NCBI RefSeq assembly: GCF_036321535.1
Contig: NC_087436.1
Coordinates: 80,416,001 to 80,480,000 of the forward strand
DNA from: Camelus dromedarius
Lineage: Eukaryota
DNA: 64,000 nucleotides
Direction: 5' to 3'
Shown: piece by piece, positions 14,210 through 27,417 of the stretch
Position numbering within the stretch: position 1 is the stretch's first letter
Layout of the letters: each line of letters begins with the position of its first letter
Notes under the pieces: generated by a model
The model's input: the letters and a program-made list of their open reading frames with translations, nothing else
Databases searched by the model: none
Told to the model about the DNA's origin: nothing
Made by a program: the position numbers and the translations under genes

Positions 14210-15079
14210 CTAAAATGCAAAGAGAAACCCAACTCCGAATTACTATGCACCCACTATTCTCACCAACGTAGACACAATGGCGATAGCAGACAGTGACAGT
14301 TAATAAGTGTGCTAGTACCTACAGTGTTGCACCAGCAGAACTGGACTCCAAGGCAATGCCACGCACCTACTGGTTATCCATACTGTGCAGACAGGCACAT
14401 GGCAGTTTGTTAACTGGTTCAGTTTGAAGACAACTGTTTTGGAAATTAAGTATTCACAGAGGAAGGCCCTCAGGATCTAGGTTTGAAAACGAGGAGTAAG
14501 AGGGAAAGCCCTTCCCAGTTTCGGCAAGGGCACAGCAGGAGACTGGGCATGAAAGCTCCAATTCATCTTTATCCTCCATCACCCACATAATTGGAGATCA
14601 AATCTTTCTGCCCTGTCCCCCTCTTCCCCTGTTTCACTTCAACTTCACCTCTGAGCATCTTCTTCTTAGAGGTGAACAGGAAGTAAAATAAACTAGAGCA
14701 CTTGTAATTTGCAGAGAAATTCATTTGCCTCCAATCATACCAGATCAAGTGACTTCCAAATGAAATGGATTCTTTCAGTCTACCAGAGATTATTTTAAAA
14801 GCTCATTGCTAGTTGACCTAATTCATATATTTAAAAGTAAACCAAAATTTACCTCCTGAGGGTTTTAAAAGGAGAAATTTGAAGTATGTACCCATGGGAT
14901 ACCTAATTTGTGTCCTTTTCCTAGGGCATCACAACCCACCAATTTTGCCAACTCGTATTTTTAAAGTCTTGGAGAGGAGAAACTGATCCACATTTATCAA
15001 TATAAGTCAAGTTAGTATTTTTCCTCTGAAAATCTGCATGCAAAACAACTCATTTATACTTTTTTCAGTTATTTCAATA

Positions 15080-15640
15080 AAGATTAAAGTGTATCCTAAG
15101 TACTGGGCAGTGCTCTAGAGGGTGGGACTTAAGAGCTATGTAAGACAGTCTTTGTGTTCTAGGACCTCACGGCTGAGTAAGGTCAGACAAAATCATGACT
15201 ACGGCATGCTGTAAAAGAAAGCAGCATGATACAGCTACCAGGAGGCACAGGAACAGAGGGAGAAGGAAGAGGAGAGAAGGGCCAGAAGGCTCCCTGGAAG
15301 TGAAACTGAGTGTGTCCTGCAGGATGAAATAAAGCTACCCAGAGGGACACGCCAGTGGGGGAGAAGATGAGCACAGGCCTGGGGAGAAGTCCAGGCAGGG
15401 AGGACAGCAAGTGCAGAGCTGATGAGAGAGAGACAGAGAAAGAGAGGGGGAGAGAGAGAGAGAACAGGGTAGCCCAGAACAGCAGTCCTGGGAGTACAGG
15501 AGGGCTACATATGCAGGAGCTACTTTGTATAGGGTGTTACACTGAGGTTTTAAAATTTTCTCCAAACTGTGATGATGATTCATGGAATAATTTTAAACAG
15601 AAGGATGACTTAGATTTGTTTCTGAAGCTGGCTGCAGTGC
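15080..15640 (-). mobile_element. L2 fragment with a GA-rich tract
   Basis: Degenerate reverse-oriented L2 3' sequence; boundaries approximate. Confidence 0.5.
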
Positions 15641-15847
15641 AGAGGACGGTGACATCCTCCAGTGGATACAAATTTATCAGCACTTGAGGAAATCAGATGG
15701 ATATCATGAATATCCAAGAAGCTGGTCAAGTATCCAAACTTTGTACAAGTCTAACCCAAAACTCTTCTCATCTTCTTGGAGTAAGTCCTGTTGAGAACTC
15801 TAAACTATAAAGCAAATCAAATATCTGAGCTAGTGCAGTATCTTTTA

Positions 15848-16042
<195 letters not shown>

Positions 16043-16281
16043 TTAAAGCAATCAATTATTTCCACTATGTTCACTTTTCAAAAATTTATAGGCAAAATGA
16101 GGTAAAGGACAGTTTCTTACAGATTTCAAAACAACAAAACATTTTTTTCCCTAAAAAGAACAAAAGTGAAACATTTTTTCTATGGTATATATTTGTAATT
16201 TATTAAAGTGCTTTTAACTGTGTGACTTATACCTTCTAACTACAAATTACGAAGGAAGTTTTGCATTTTCATTAAGCTTAC

Positions 16282-16336
16282 CTCCCATCTCTGAGTCACA
16301 GACTTCTCTCCAACCAGAGTGCTAAGCAACCCAGAT
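16282..16336 (-). CDS. WDFY3: WDFY3 exon, start of BEACH (SGLLSTLVGEKSVTQRWE)
   Basis: 55 nt, phase 2/0, gtaagc donor. Confidence 0.94.
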
Positions 16337-16423
16337 CTACAAATGATAAATTACATAAATTGCAAGCAATATAATTTTAAATCTGAGTAATTACAAAGTT
16401 ACAAATTTTAAGTCAACTGGTCC

Positions 16424-16688
16424 AAGAATTTTTCAAACTATGAAGTACAATCTATTAGTGGGTCATGAAATCAGTTTAGTGGGTTGTGATCAGCATTTTG
16501 AAATATGAAATAACAGAATCGAATAGAAGAAAATAGAGAACATCAGAAGGCATTACATATACTAAGAAAAAGAATTTTCTGTGAATTTTATTTTACTATT
16601 TATAACTAAGTTTGTGTGTCTTGGGATGCAGTGTAGTGTATATTTTTTCTTACTGTGGGTCATGGCAAATGAGTCCAAAAAACATTGA
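16424..16688. mobile_element. hAT-Charlie-type MER DNA-transposon remnant (subfamily not assigned)
   Basis: Resembles a recalled consensus: ttcaaact...attagtgggtcatgaaatc...tttcttactgtgggtca. Confidence 0.55.
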
Positions 16689-18866
16689 TGCAGTTCAACT
16701 GCCTACCTTTTACAACAATCCCTATATAAACTGATGTAAAGACATTGAATTGGAATAACTGATACAGCATACAATATTTTGTACATAGCAGGTGCATAGT
16801 ACATCTCCTAAACGAGATGTTGAAAAAGCGATTCAAAATAGGAATATTTTATGACAGGAAAGTTATTGCTGTTCAGAAAATTATGGACTTTTTCCTATAG
16901 CAGACTTTCCTAGAATGCTATAAAACCCTTGGGGTTTAACAGCTTTATAATACTGATAATTAGTAATTTGAATATTATGAATTGGCCACTGAACCAGCAG
17001 GAAAGCACTTAATTATATATTTTATTGTCTGAAAGGAAATTAAGAGATCTGTAAACCTTAGGTCATAAACATGTCTAGCTCAATAGTATAGATACCACTT
17101 TTCACTTCTAGATAAATTCTTCCCTTCAGGCAAATTGAATGTATAGGATACCCTCCCTGAAAAAAGAGCTATGATCATTTCTTAACTTTATAAGAAAGGG
17201 AACAATTGAAAAGAAGATTTAAGTTGGAAATGAATTTCTGCTCCTTGCCTTTGAGCTTTGAGAAGTTCTTTAAGAACTGCCAGTTCAGCACAGAAAGTAG
17301 TAAGAACAATGAAACAGCAAGCTGAAGATTATTCAGGCAGGCAAAGGACCAGCAACTTGCTTACAAGTAGAAAAAGGCTCAATATGCTTTAAGGGAGACT
17401 TTCACTTCCTGTATTTATCTTAACAGCAGCACAAGTGATTAGGAACAGAACACATGTCTGAGGTTAACGAAAGCATATACGCAGCATTTGTATTTGTTAA
17501 ACCTCAGCTAAAGAAAAATACAAGCAACAACTAAAATAGAAATACACAAATATATTTAGAGGCATACAGGCTGGAATCAAATTTTATTGACAAATCACAG
17601 GCTCCCCAGTGAAGTTTTTAGGTCATTTTCTTGCATGCTGTAACAATTAATCTGTAGCCCCAAAGCTCTGCTTCTTTCCCAGTGGATTATAAAGGGCTAC
17701 CAGTTCTGACTGACTGTGAATGAAGCTGGGTATATGGATTCTTGAAATGGCTATATCACCCAAAAGGATTTCCTAAGAGTAAAAGCAGCTGAAAAGAGCA
17801 CAAAGGAACGACTGATAGAACACACAAAAACAGAAGTTTAAATTTAAATGTCAAAAAAAAGATTTAAGAGAAAAACTTGGAAATTTGCAACAAATACGAC
17901 AAGCAAAGGAGTAATACGCTATTATAGAAAAATCCCACACACACTGATGACAGGAACTCAGAGAAGATGATAAATAGACTCAGTGAGGTCCTTATTTCAC
18001 AATATATACAAATACTGACTCATTATATTGTACACCTGAAACTAATATAATGTCAATTTTATCTCAAAAAAAAAATCAAATTCCCAACACAACCAACAAT
18101 AAAGAACTCAGTGGAAAGAAATGGGCAAAAGTTATACATAATTTGTAAATGATAATTTTAAATGGCTAACAAATAAGTACAGGGCTCAAAATTATTAATA
18201 TGAAAATAATGCACATTTAAAAACAAAGTGTTTTCTAAAATCAGTAAAAATTAAAAAGTAAATATAAAAAGCTGATAAGCATCTACTGAGATAAGCAAAC
18301 TTATCCACTAATGGTGGAATACAGACGTGTATAATTTTTAAAGAAATCTAGTTGGCTTTGTGTATTAAGAGCCTTAAAATTCATACCACTTTACTAAGGG
18401 GACTTTATCCTAAAAAAAGTAATGAAGTATTACATTCACATTATTATAAAAAAGAAACCTGATAAAGATGAACTATCCAAAAAGAGAGTGCTTCATATAT
18501 CTATGAAAGCACAGTTTCTAAAGAATTTTTAAAGGCAGGAGCAATATTTACATGTAACACTGAACAGAAGCAGAATAAAAATCTGTATTTACAGTATGGA
18601 CTCAATTGTGCACACAGGAATATATGCATGCTTAAAAGATCAGAAGGGAATTGATTGAAATGTGAGCACTGATTTGACATGAATGATCATGCACACATTT
18701 TCTTTTTCCTTTTTAGTTTTCGGTATTTAAAAATTTTTCTGCAAACCACCAGGGTTTGTGGTGATGCGAGGGGAACACTCATTAAATATGTTAAATAATA
18801 CTGTCCAGATATAAAGGATCCTAATTTCACTATTAAACTGTAATGTGCAAGAAGCAAACAACTTAC

Positions 18867-18947
18867 CCCTGCTCCACGCTTGTGTTTGGTCGTTGCCCAG
18901 ACACTGACTCTGAACTGTCAGTTAGAGATGGCACTACAGCCAAAAAT
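18867..18947 (-). CDS. WDFY3: WDFY3 exon, PH-BEACH linker (FLAVVPSLTDSSESVSGQRPNTSVEQ)
   Basis: 81 nt, phase 2/2, gtaagt donor. Confidence 0.94.
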
Positions 18948-20425
18948 CTGGAAAAGTTAAAAATAGGATAAAATTGGAAATGACGTTTCAGCCAGGATCT
19001 TATGGGAGTTTAAGAAAGGATTCATTTAGACCTTAATTGCTGCATTTACCCCTCCACTACTCAGTAAACGGCAGGCGAAGGGAATACACAATAATTAGAA
19101 CATCCTGTTACCAAAAAAAGGGTAAGATGATGGCTTCCAAACCCAAACAGAAAGGTACACAGGAAAGGCTGTCATTGTGGATTTTTACATACACTGCCCC
19201 AGTACCGGAAGAAAAAGTCTTGCCACACTGATTCACGGGAAATGAGTCAACTTAACGATGTCCTAAAGAGTCATTAACAGCTAAATATTCACATGACAGC
19301 AAGTAGTGCTAACAGTGAAACAAACAATAGAACTGAGACATCACTAACAAAGGAAAATACATACATGATAAGAACCTTTAAGTGACACTGTTGTTATTTT
19401 CAGAGCTGCTCACAAGGTCAACACAAATTTCTTAAAGGCAAAAAAGAATTGTGGGAAAATTCTTGAAATGAGTATGGACCTTGAACTTGGCATATACACA
19501 GAAAATTCTCAGAGAAAAACAAACTCATCTTCATCTCCTTGTAATCACTTCTACTTAGGAAGAGCAGATACTTCATTAACAGTGAACATGATCTCACCTT
19601 TAGAAATACACAAGATAACTAAAGTTTCAGTCATTTCCTTAGCTCTTCCCAACCAGCATCCACAGGCACTTAATTTGAAGAACCGCCCTCATTCTCCTGC
19701 TCACAGGTAGTATTGCAGAGATAAGCAATGTTGCTTGATATTAGTCATTCCTCACGGAAGTAAGTGAAGTATAAAACTTCCCTACTAGAGGGAGTGCCAG
19801 GGTCCACACCACTCAAGAATAAGTGGGCTTTCCTATCATGTTATGATTAGTTCATTTTCACACATCCAACGTTTTCAAGCACCCTGGGTGCGCATATACT
19901 ATTTTTCTTTTACAAGGTAAAATTTAAATGCAGTTTACCACAAATGAAATGTGATTACATTACATCAGCTGTTTTACTTGGCGATGCTACTTTTTTCAAG
20001 GATGAGGGTCAGAGGAGTCTTGATGAATACAAGTTCTAAGGAAACTCAGGCTCTGCACTCAATAGCAAGGTATGGCACTGTCTTCTTTTGGAAAATATGG
20101 AAGAAGCCTATTCTGAACCTGAAGTGTTATTTTTTAAGCTACAGTTTCATCATCCTTTTACACTTAGCGACATGGGGCTTAACGATGAAAGTGGCTTTTG
20201 ATGTTATCTACTCTTAAGTTACCAGAAGGAAAAATGGTATTTCAAAATAGAAAAGCATAAATAGAAGTCTTATGTTTCAAGGGGCTGGCAAAAATGAAAC
20301 AAACATTTTCTTTGAAGAAGTTAATTCACACATTTAATAGATTTTTAAAAACTGGCTGAACTGATAATACTTTACCTCCCATTTCTTTCCATGATAGCAT
20401 TCTAAGTATTTCTAATAAATAATAC

Positions 20426-20511
20426 CTTTGATAGACTTTGTTTCTAATTCCTTTCTGAAAAGCAAGGAGGTAATTCCGTCCATCTCCAGAGAAGACTTCC
20501 ACAGCAATAGG
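20426..20511 (-). CDS. WDFY3: WDFY3 exon, BEACH-type PH (PIAVEVFSGDGRNYLLAFQKGIRNKVYQ)
   Basis: 86 nt, phase 0/2. Confidence 0.95.
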
Positions 20512-21033
20512 CTGAAATGATCAGAGAGAAAAACGTTAAGAAAAAACACACATAAGGTTACACATTAACTTTTCCAGTATGAATTTCCACGATGCTGAAG
20601 AAACCAACTTGTTGACTGAAGAACATTTTTTTTTTAGAGCTATAACTTCCCAGCAGATTAAATTACAAAATAAACAGAGCCCATTTGCTTCCAAATTGTT
20701 AACAGAATAATGGTAAAACAGAGTAATTATAAAATTATAACTTTATAAATTTATAGTGAGAATGTAATTTTATATTACAAGAAAATTATAAATTTGATAG
20801 CTATAGGGAAAGATGGATAACAAAGATATCACTCAAGGTTTTAAAGTTGGGTTAAAAAAAAGAGCTATTACACAGTTATATACCCATGTGACATGAGTTT
20901 GTCTATCATATAACCAAATATAAAGAATACTCTGAGGAATTATGTGGATCCTGGCAAGTATCAATTTAAAAATAATACATCCTCTGAATAAAGGAACATG
21001 ACAAAACATTTGTTACTATTAAAACCAACCCAC

Positions 21034-21154
21034 CTGCAGGAGATACCGCCTTTTATGCACTTCCTTGATATCTTCATATGCAAAAATGCTGCATGTCCTT
21101 TTGAGCTGACTGGGGCCTTGCCTGGCTCCTCTAGGGATAATTGGCTCATGCATA
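21034..21154 (-). CDS. WDFY3: WDFY3 exon, BEACH-type PH (MHEPIIPRG...IKEVHKRRYLLQ)
   Basis: 121 nt, phase 2/0, RRYLLQ motif typical of BEACH-PH domains. Confidence 0.95.
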
Positions 21155-22269
21155 CTACAGGCAGCCGAGAGAAAGGAGATAACAAAAACACAGCAATAGA
21201 TAAACTCACTGTCCAAAAAGGGCTGTGTTATTTTCAACATGTGAAGAGGAGCAGGGAACAATATATTAGAGTATTTAGTTAAAAAAAAAACTTTAAGAGA
21301 ATAATTTGTTAGCTACTCAGCATATAAGAAACCCCCTCTGATGAACAGAACGTAAAAAAAGAATCCTACTCGCCCTATCTATCTGGTACGGCCGGCACAG
21401 TACCCAGGCCTGTGCACTGTAAGGGGTCCAAGAAAATGCTTTCATTTCTTTTCAAATCAGAAGAAACAACTGAACTTTTAGGTAGAAGAAAATGTTTTAA
21501 TATATAATACAAATATATTCATCTTTAAATCAACGCAGCCATAAAATAGAATTTTAAATATTTTAAAATGGAGGACAAGGGGCATAAAAGTCATAAAGTG
21601 GCTGTGATTGCTGCAGAAAGTAATTGTTTGAATATCTCCTAGGAGTGAACTACAGAGACCATGTCCACACTCCAAGTACATGTTAGGTGTTCAAAATGTT
21701 AAAGGCATAGAAGAGCATGCTGATTTTCTAAGCTTTAGGCTTTTTAGCTTTCTTCTAGCTTGGTCTGTCTCTGGTTTCCATTACCCACTAACACATCCAC
21801 CACAGAACTTCAGGAGAAAAGAAAGATGGATAAACTCAGTCAGATCATTCTTGTCTCTGCTTCCAGGGTACTCAGAGGACATGGCCACACTTACATTTGT
21901 TAAGAGTATTGTACAGCTGCCTGAATTTTCTCTACAATGTGTTTGTATTGAAATTTGAAAAAAAAAAAAAGAACAATTTGCAAATTTACAATAATTTTAT
22001 AAATATATAGATTATAATACAAGGAAGATGGTGTGTAACACTATTAATGCATAGCAATAAATTATGTTTAGTTTTCATTTTGATAGATAAGGCAAATGTG
22101 TCCCTTGTAAGCTTGAAATAACAATTACTCTTGTGAATATTTAATGATGGATACACATAAACTGAGAGATAACATTACTTAAAACACAACTTTTGCATTA
22201 AAAATCCTATGTAAGTATATTGTTTTCTAAAGATAGTTGTACTTTGTCTCTCTTCACTCATTTACTTAC

Positions 22270-22418
22270 TTTGGAGGTAAGGTTTCAATATCTCTTATTT
22301 CCCTGGTTGCCGTCATTGTAAATCCATCAATCACATAAAAATGCTCTTTACCAAAAAGCAGCAGCCCCTCACTAGTATCTAGGCCCTGGACTCGAGCACA
22401 GCGGTACATGTGTTGGAT
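22270..22418 (-). CDS. WDFY3: WDFY3 exon, BEACH-type PH (IQHMYRCARVQGLDTSEGLLLFG...IETLPP)
   Basis: 149 nt, phase 0/2, translated by hand. Confidence 0.95.
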
Positions 22419-23919
22419 CTATAAAGAAATCCATAAACACTCTTTAATATGGTTTTTAAAAAACCAGGTAATTTCTTTTTTGATATAAATGAAGCAAAAT
22501 GTTTTTAGACATGGATTTATAGGCAAACAAGATTTTACCAAGACGTCACTCTGTGATGGCATCCCCTGAGCTACTCACGTTCACCTGAGTTTGAGCATAT
22601 TAAAACGAATAGCTAATATTGCAGTCTGATTTGCAGCTGACGTCAGCAAAAGGAAACAGCCATTTACTCAGATCCATCTACCCGATCCATTTCTCCACGT
22701 ATTCACTGAGGACTCACTCTGTGCCGGGCACACATGTTCTAGTTTCTACAGTCAATCAACACGTCAGGAAGGAGACCGACACAGGAAGCTTTGTGCAAAG
22801 CGAACTGAGGCATTAGGATCATGCCCTTGGAGAGGCAAGATGACACAGAGTGAAAACGGTCTGTGAAGCCTGGTAATCCTGAGTGATTCCCAGGTCTGCT
22901 GCTCAACTACAGATCTGGTCAAATTTCTTAATGTCTCTGGGCCTCTGTGTCTTCATGTAAATTTCAAATACAGTTCACTGACTTGTCGTGAGAGTTAGTG
23001 AGATAACGTACATGATCATGTGAGGAATCGCTGGCTGTCTTCTCTTCCACACAGCTCCCTTTGCTCTTTTTCCAGAACACCCCCTGGAACTGGACCTGGG
23101 GAATGTCTCCCTACTCACTCCCCACTGGACCCTGCCTGCCTGGCAGACTGCTGTGCCACTGTAAAAAGCCAAACTTGGCAGAACTTGTATTTTCCTCAAA
23201 GAAGGAAGGAGTTGCTAAATCTCTCAATGTAAGTATTGTTTTCTTCCCGACAGGCAGGATCTGGTTCTTAGTAAAAATTCTTTCTTGCTTATACTCAGTT
23301 CAACATGAGTCAAGGAAAAGAAATCAGCAACTAAATCAAAGTCAAACAAATGTTAAATAAATGTCAGCCTAATACACTTCCTGCACTATTCAAACTTAAA
23401 GCAATTAGAGCAAAAACTACTCATGAGGTTAAAAGTTTAAAAATGACAGCAATAGAAAATACATTTTCTAAAATATGCAAATTAAGTTAATTTTTATCAG
23501 CACATTTGAAACGTAGAATGTTATAGGAAAAACACTGACGTACTTTAGAAATAACTCTATTGCAGTATACTATATATATAGAAAAATGTTTATTTTTCAT
23601 TTCATTAAGTGCATAGCTTGATGAATTTTCAGATGCTTAAAATATGATGCAACCAGCAACCAGATCAAAAAATAGAATACTCCCCAGACCCCAGAAGCCG
23701 CTCTGAGCTTCCTTCAGATCTAATGTACTTTTACAGTTATGTCATTTTTCTTTTCATGTTTTCATTCACGATTATTCAGGCCATAAATCTGAACAGAATT
23801 TAAAAAAGTAAACCCTAATTTATAGTTACTATTTCTTAGTGGGTAAGATTTCAAGGGTTATACTAAGATCTAATGTAACAGGCAAAAACAACCTTTGAAA
23901 AGGTGATACTTTCTACATT

Positions 23920-24300
23920 CAATTCATTCATTCCTTTGTTCATTTATTCAACCTTTATTTTATTTATTCAACCAATCACTCCTTCATTCAAAGGTTTACT
24001 GGGTATCTATCAGGTGCCTGAAACTGCGTAAGGCACATTTTATCAATGATAACATGAGTGATATATACGAGGCTTTATAAAAGCACAGAGGAGGGTGTCT
24101 AACTAAGCCTAAGCTGGCAAGGCAGCAAAGGAAATCTCCTTATGTGTGAGTATTGAAGACATCCAGAGAAATGAGGCTGTATCAAATGGGAGTTACTAGG
24201 CTAGAGGTTACAAAGTCATGGACAGAGGGGCACTCTCAGGCAGAGAGCACAATGACTAGAGTGCAGAGTAAAGAACTAACGTCATGGGTGTAGTGAACTT
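23920..24300 (-). mobile_element. L2 3' fragment
   Basis: (attc)n tail, then tttactgggtatctatcaggtgcc, typical of a reverse L2 end. Confidence 0.6.
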
Positions 24301-24853
24301 CAGAGCAAAAAGTGCCACAGAGGGTTCAGGCTACAAGGAGGAGCCAGCAAAGGGAGCCTAGAGGCGCCGGCAGGGTGTAGGAGGTTGAGAGAGAAACAGG
24401 AAGGCAAAGTAGTCTCCTGTGAGCGAGGGAAGGCAGGCATTAAACACAAGGCTGGGGGTGATGACACGGGCTGGTGAAGCTGCTCGTGTGGTGGCTGGAA
24501 CTACGGAGGCGGAGGAAGCAATACTAGGCTGAGTTACTGAACGGGCTGCGTGCATGGGTGTGAAACAGAGAATTAGGGTGAGAGTGGCAGACTCAAACAG
24601 CAGAGGGAGACAGTGAGCGAGGTGTCAGCTACTAACACTGCATCCGGTACACTTCATGCTGTTCAGGGAGGTCAGAGAATCCTGAGGGTGAGAGAAGCAG
24701 AGGACTGAACCCAAAAGGGTGCTGACTACTGACTTCATCACGAAGGCTAAAATACTCATTTATCACTGGCCACCAGAGAGATACCCATCAACTACTGTTG
24801 TAAAATGGACTCAAATCCCTTAATACGATGCCTCCTTCTCAGAAGCACAGCAC

Positions 24854-25017
24854 CTTTTCTCCCTCCTCTAGGAGGCGCAGCAGAGTGGCATTGTCCGTCT
24901 TCTCCTCTTCCTCTATAGAGCTGCCCTCGGCAATCTGGTCTTGCAGCTGCTCCTGCGTCTCCTCATCTCCTCCGTCAGGTGCAGATCGAGACCGTTTCAG
25001 AGGAGGCTTGACCAGTC
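24854..25017 (-). CDS. WDFY3: WDFY3 exon (LVKPPLKRSRSAPD...LLEEGEK)
   Basis: 164 nt, phase 1/0. Confidence 0.95.
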
Positions 25018-25139
25018 CTGCAGGATAAGAATTAAGAGGGTCATGTGGTGGTCTTGCAGGGAACACTCTGGGGGAGCGGCTTAGTCTCAAGCAGTGCCTC
25101 CTGCACACTCCCCACCTGAGGCGATGCCGGAAGGCAGGG

Positions 25140-25345
25140 GGAGGCAGCGTGGCTCAGTGGTCAACGGCGCAGCCTCTGGAGCTGAGAACACTGTCTGCCC
25201 CACTCTGAGCCTTCGTTTGTCATCTGTAAAACCAGGACAAGAGTACTATCTATCCTGGACACCTGGAGGACTGTTGAAGGACTAAAACAGGTAATTCACA
25301 CAAAGTGCTTTGTATTATGCTTAGTAAATGCTAAATTCTCAGTAA
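25140..25345 (+). mobile_element. MIR
   Basis: Core ctctgagccttcgtttgtcatctgtaaaa. Confidence 0.7.
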
Positions 25346-25675
25346 GGGTCAGATGATGATAAATAGAGAGCTTAGCATAACTGATGGTAAGAGTATGGTG
25401 CTAATGGACAGGTGTCACTGAGGGGATACCGGCAAGAGATAATCAATCATTATCAGAAACAAAGACACAAGTTATAAACACGATTATATGAGATCCCACC
25501 TACCTGGAGGGCCCATGAGGACTATTTCAAGACTCATGTTACAAGTGGCAGTATGGTCACTCATATGTGAATGAATTTGATTAAATCATCAGGTCATAAA
25601 GAATAAGAACATAATTCTTTTTAGTACAGGGCCAGATAATTTGCCAAATAAGTTAACATTTTACTGCCTACATTT

Positions 25676-25772
25676 CAGTAATTTTATTAATAAATTTATT
25701 AATAACCAGTAATTTTATTAATTTTATTAAATAACCAGTAATTTTATTAATAATTTTATTAATAACCAGTAA
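25676..25772. repeat. AT-rich tandem repeat, about 3 copies of a ~30-bp unit (ccagtaattttattaataattttattaataa)
   Basis: Unit directly visible, with small indels between copies. Confidence 0.85.
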
Positions 25773-26374
25773 AATTAAAATCGGCTAATGAGAGCAACCA
25801 CTGATACCCTAAAGTATGGGAAGTACTCAAAATGAACTCTGAATCTCACATTTATTTTCCTATTCTTTAGTTGTACAAAAAAAAGTACTGTTACGTCTAC
25901 CAGTGATAGTTGCTCTAAGAAGTTTGGAAAAACATAAGTTAGCCTGATAGAATCCTATCTGAACACGAGTTATCAGAGGTTCTGCTTTGCCTTGGGAAGA
26001 ACCTTATTTTCACATATGAAAGAATATAATAAATAAGTAAGAAAGATCAAGTCCTGCTGAGAACATTCACAAGGGGGAAAAGCTTGCAGCTGCTTTGTTT
26101 TCAATTTGATGAATCAAGACCTCCAACTCTATGTCTAGCACAATATCTTACATATTATAGCAGTGACACCAATATTTGTGGCTTTAGCTCAATTGGAGAT
26201 TAGGAAAATGAGGCCAAGAGAAATTAAATGCCAATGACCCAAACATAAACTCTGTGAATTATATACCCTGGCTTATGGCCAGTAAATACAGATTTGGACC
26301 CATCTCAGTAACTTTGTGAGTGCAGTGTTGAGAAACGAGAAGGTTGAAAACCCTGTTCAACAACTAAAAGTCTC

Positions 26375-26399
26375 TTCAATCCCCAGTACCTCCTCCAAA

Positions 26400-26438
<39 letters not shown>

Positions 26439-26634
26439 AACCCAATTACCTCCCCCTCATAAAAAAAAGAGAGAAAAAATCAAGGGGGGAGGGTAGGGTA
26501 TAGCTCAAGTGGTAGAGTGCATGCTTAGCATGCATGAGATCCTGGGTTCAATCCCCAGTATCTCCTGTAAGAATAAGTAAATAAATAAACCTAATTATCT
26601 CCCCCACCCCCAAAACCCCCAAAACAAACAAAAA
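26375..26634 (+). mobile_element. Tandem camelid-type SINE (5'-truncated monomer plus full monomer)
   Basis: Two B-box/tail units, (aaat)n microsatellite, 16-bp TSD aacaactaaaagtctc at 26359-26374 and 26635-26650. Confidence 0.9.
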
Positions 26635-27248
26635 AACAACTAAAAGTCTCAGGGGTTCAATGAAAATGTTAGATCGATTATGAAATGTTTAGTAATTCAT
26701 AGTCATCATGAGACAGAATAGGTATAATGTAAGCATCTGCTTCTGAGATGCTTACAATTTAGGAAAACATAAAGCAGTGAAAGACCACTGAAACTGCTGT
26801 CCGAGATAGGAGCAAAGTGCTGTTGGAACAGAGTGCTATTGCTGCAAAAGGATCAGAGGAGGACAATTTGACCAGTGTCTTCGAGACCGGGTAGGGCTTG
26901 TTAAGGCCCAGATCACGGAGAAGCTGCAGGAAGGGGCTGTTTCAACTTAATAAATATTTATTCAGTTATGAGGTCCTTAACTTAAAATATCAGGTGCCAC
27001 TGCCAGATTCAATAAATATAATTATCAAGCCAATGGGCACTTACATTCATCTGTAGGCAATAAAGAGGGGATAGTCTCTTAAGTTCTGAGATAGAAATCA
27101 ATCTTGAAGAAGGGTGAGGTGGTAAGATAAGCACGGATACTTTTAAAGTTGGCCGCACTGTTCACAGTTGCTAATTATTTTCATATAAATTCAAGTAGAA
27201 GGAATGCTCCCAAATGGTTTTTAATTAGAATCAAAGAGGAAGGCTGAC

Positions 27249-27417
27249 CTTTGACTTTAGCGATAGTGTCTTCACCATGCTCTGGTTCTTGCTGAGCGGC
27301 TTCACCTTCAGAACTCTCTACGATGGCATCTTGGACAATGGCTGGGTTCCCAGAGGCCAGTCGCATGTAGTACTCCTTACTGTCATAACTTACGGCTCTT
27401 CTGTATCGAGCAGGTTT
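27249..27417 (-). CDS. WDFY3: WDFY3 exon (KPARYRRAVSYDSKEYY...TIAKVK)
   Basis: 169 nt, phase 0/1. Confidence 0.95.

Noticed and set aside
24660..24745. Possible box C/D snoRNA on - (GTGATGA ... CTGA)
   Set aside because: No terminal stem and no recognisable guide; the motif spacing is likely chance.
25676..25772. Repeat array superficially like CRISPR
   Set aside because: No unique spacers, eukaryotic intron context, simple AT-rich tandem duplication.
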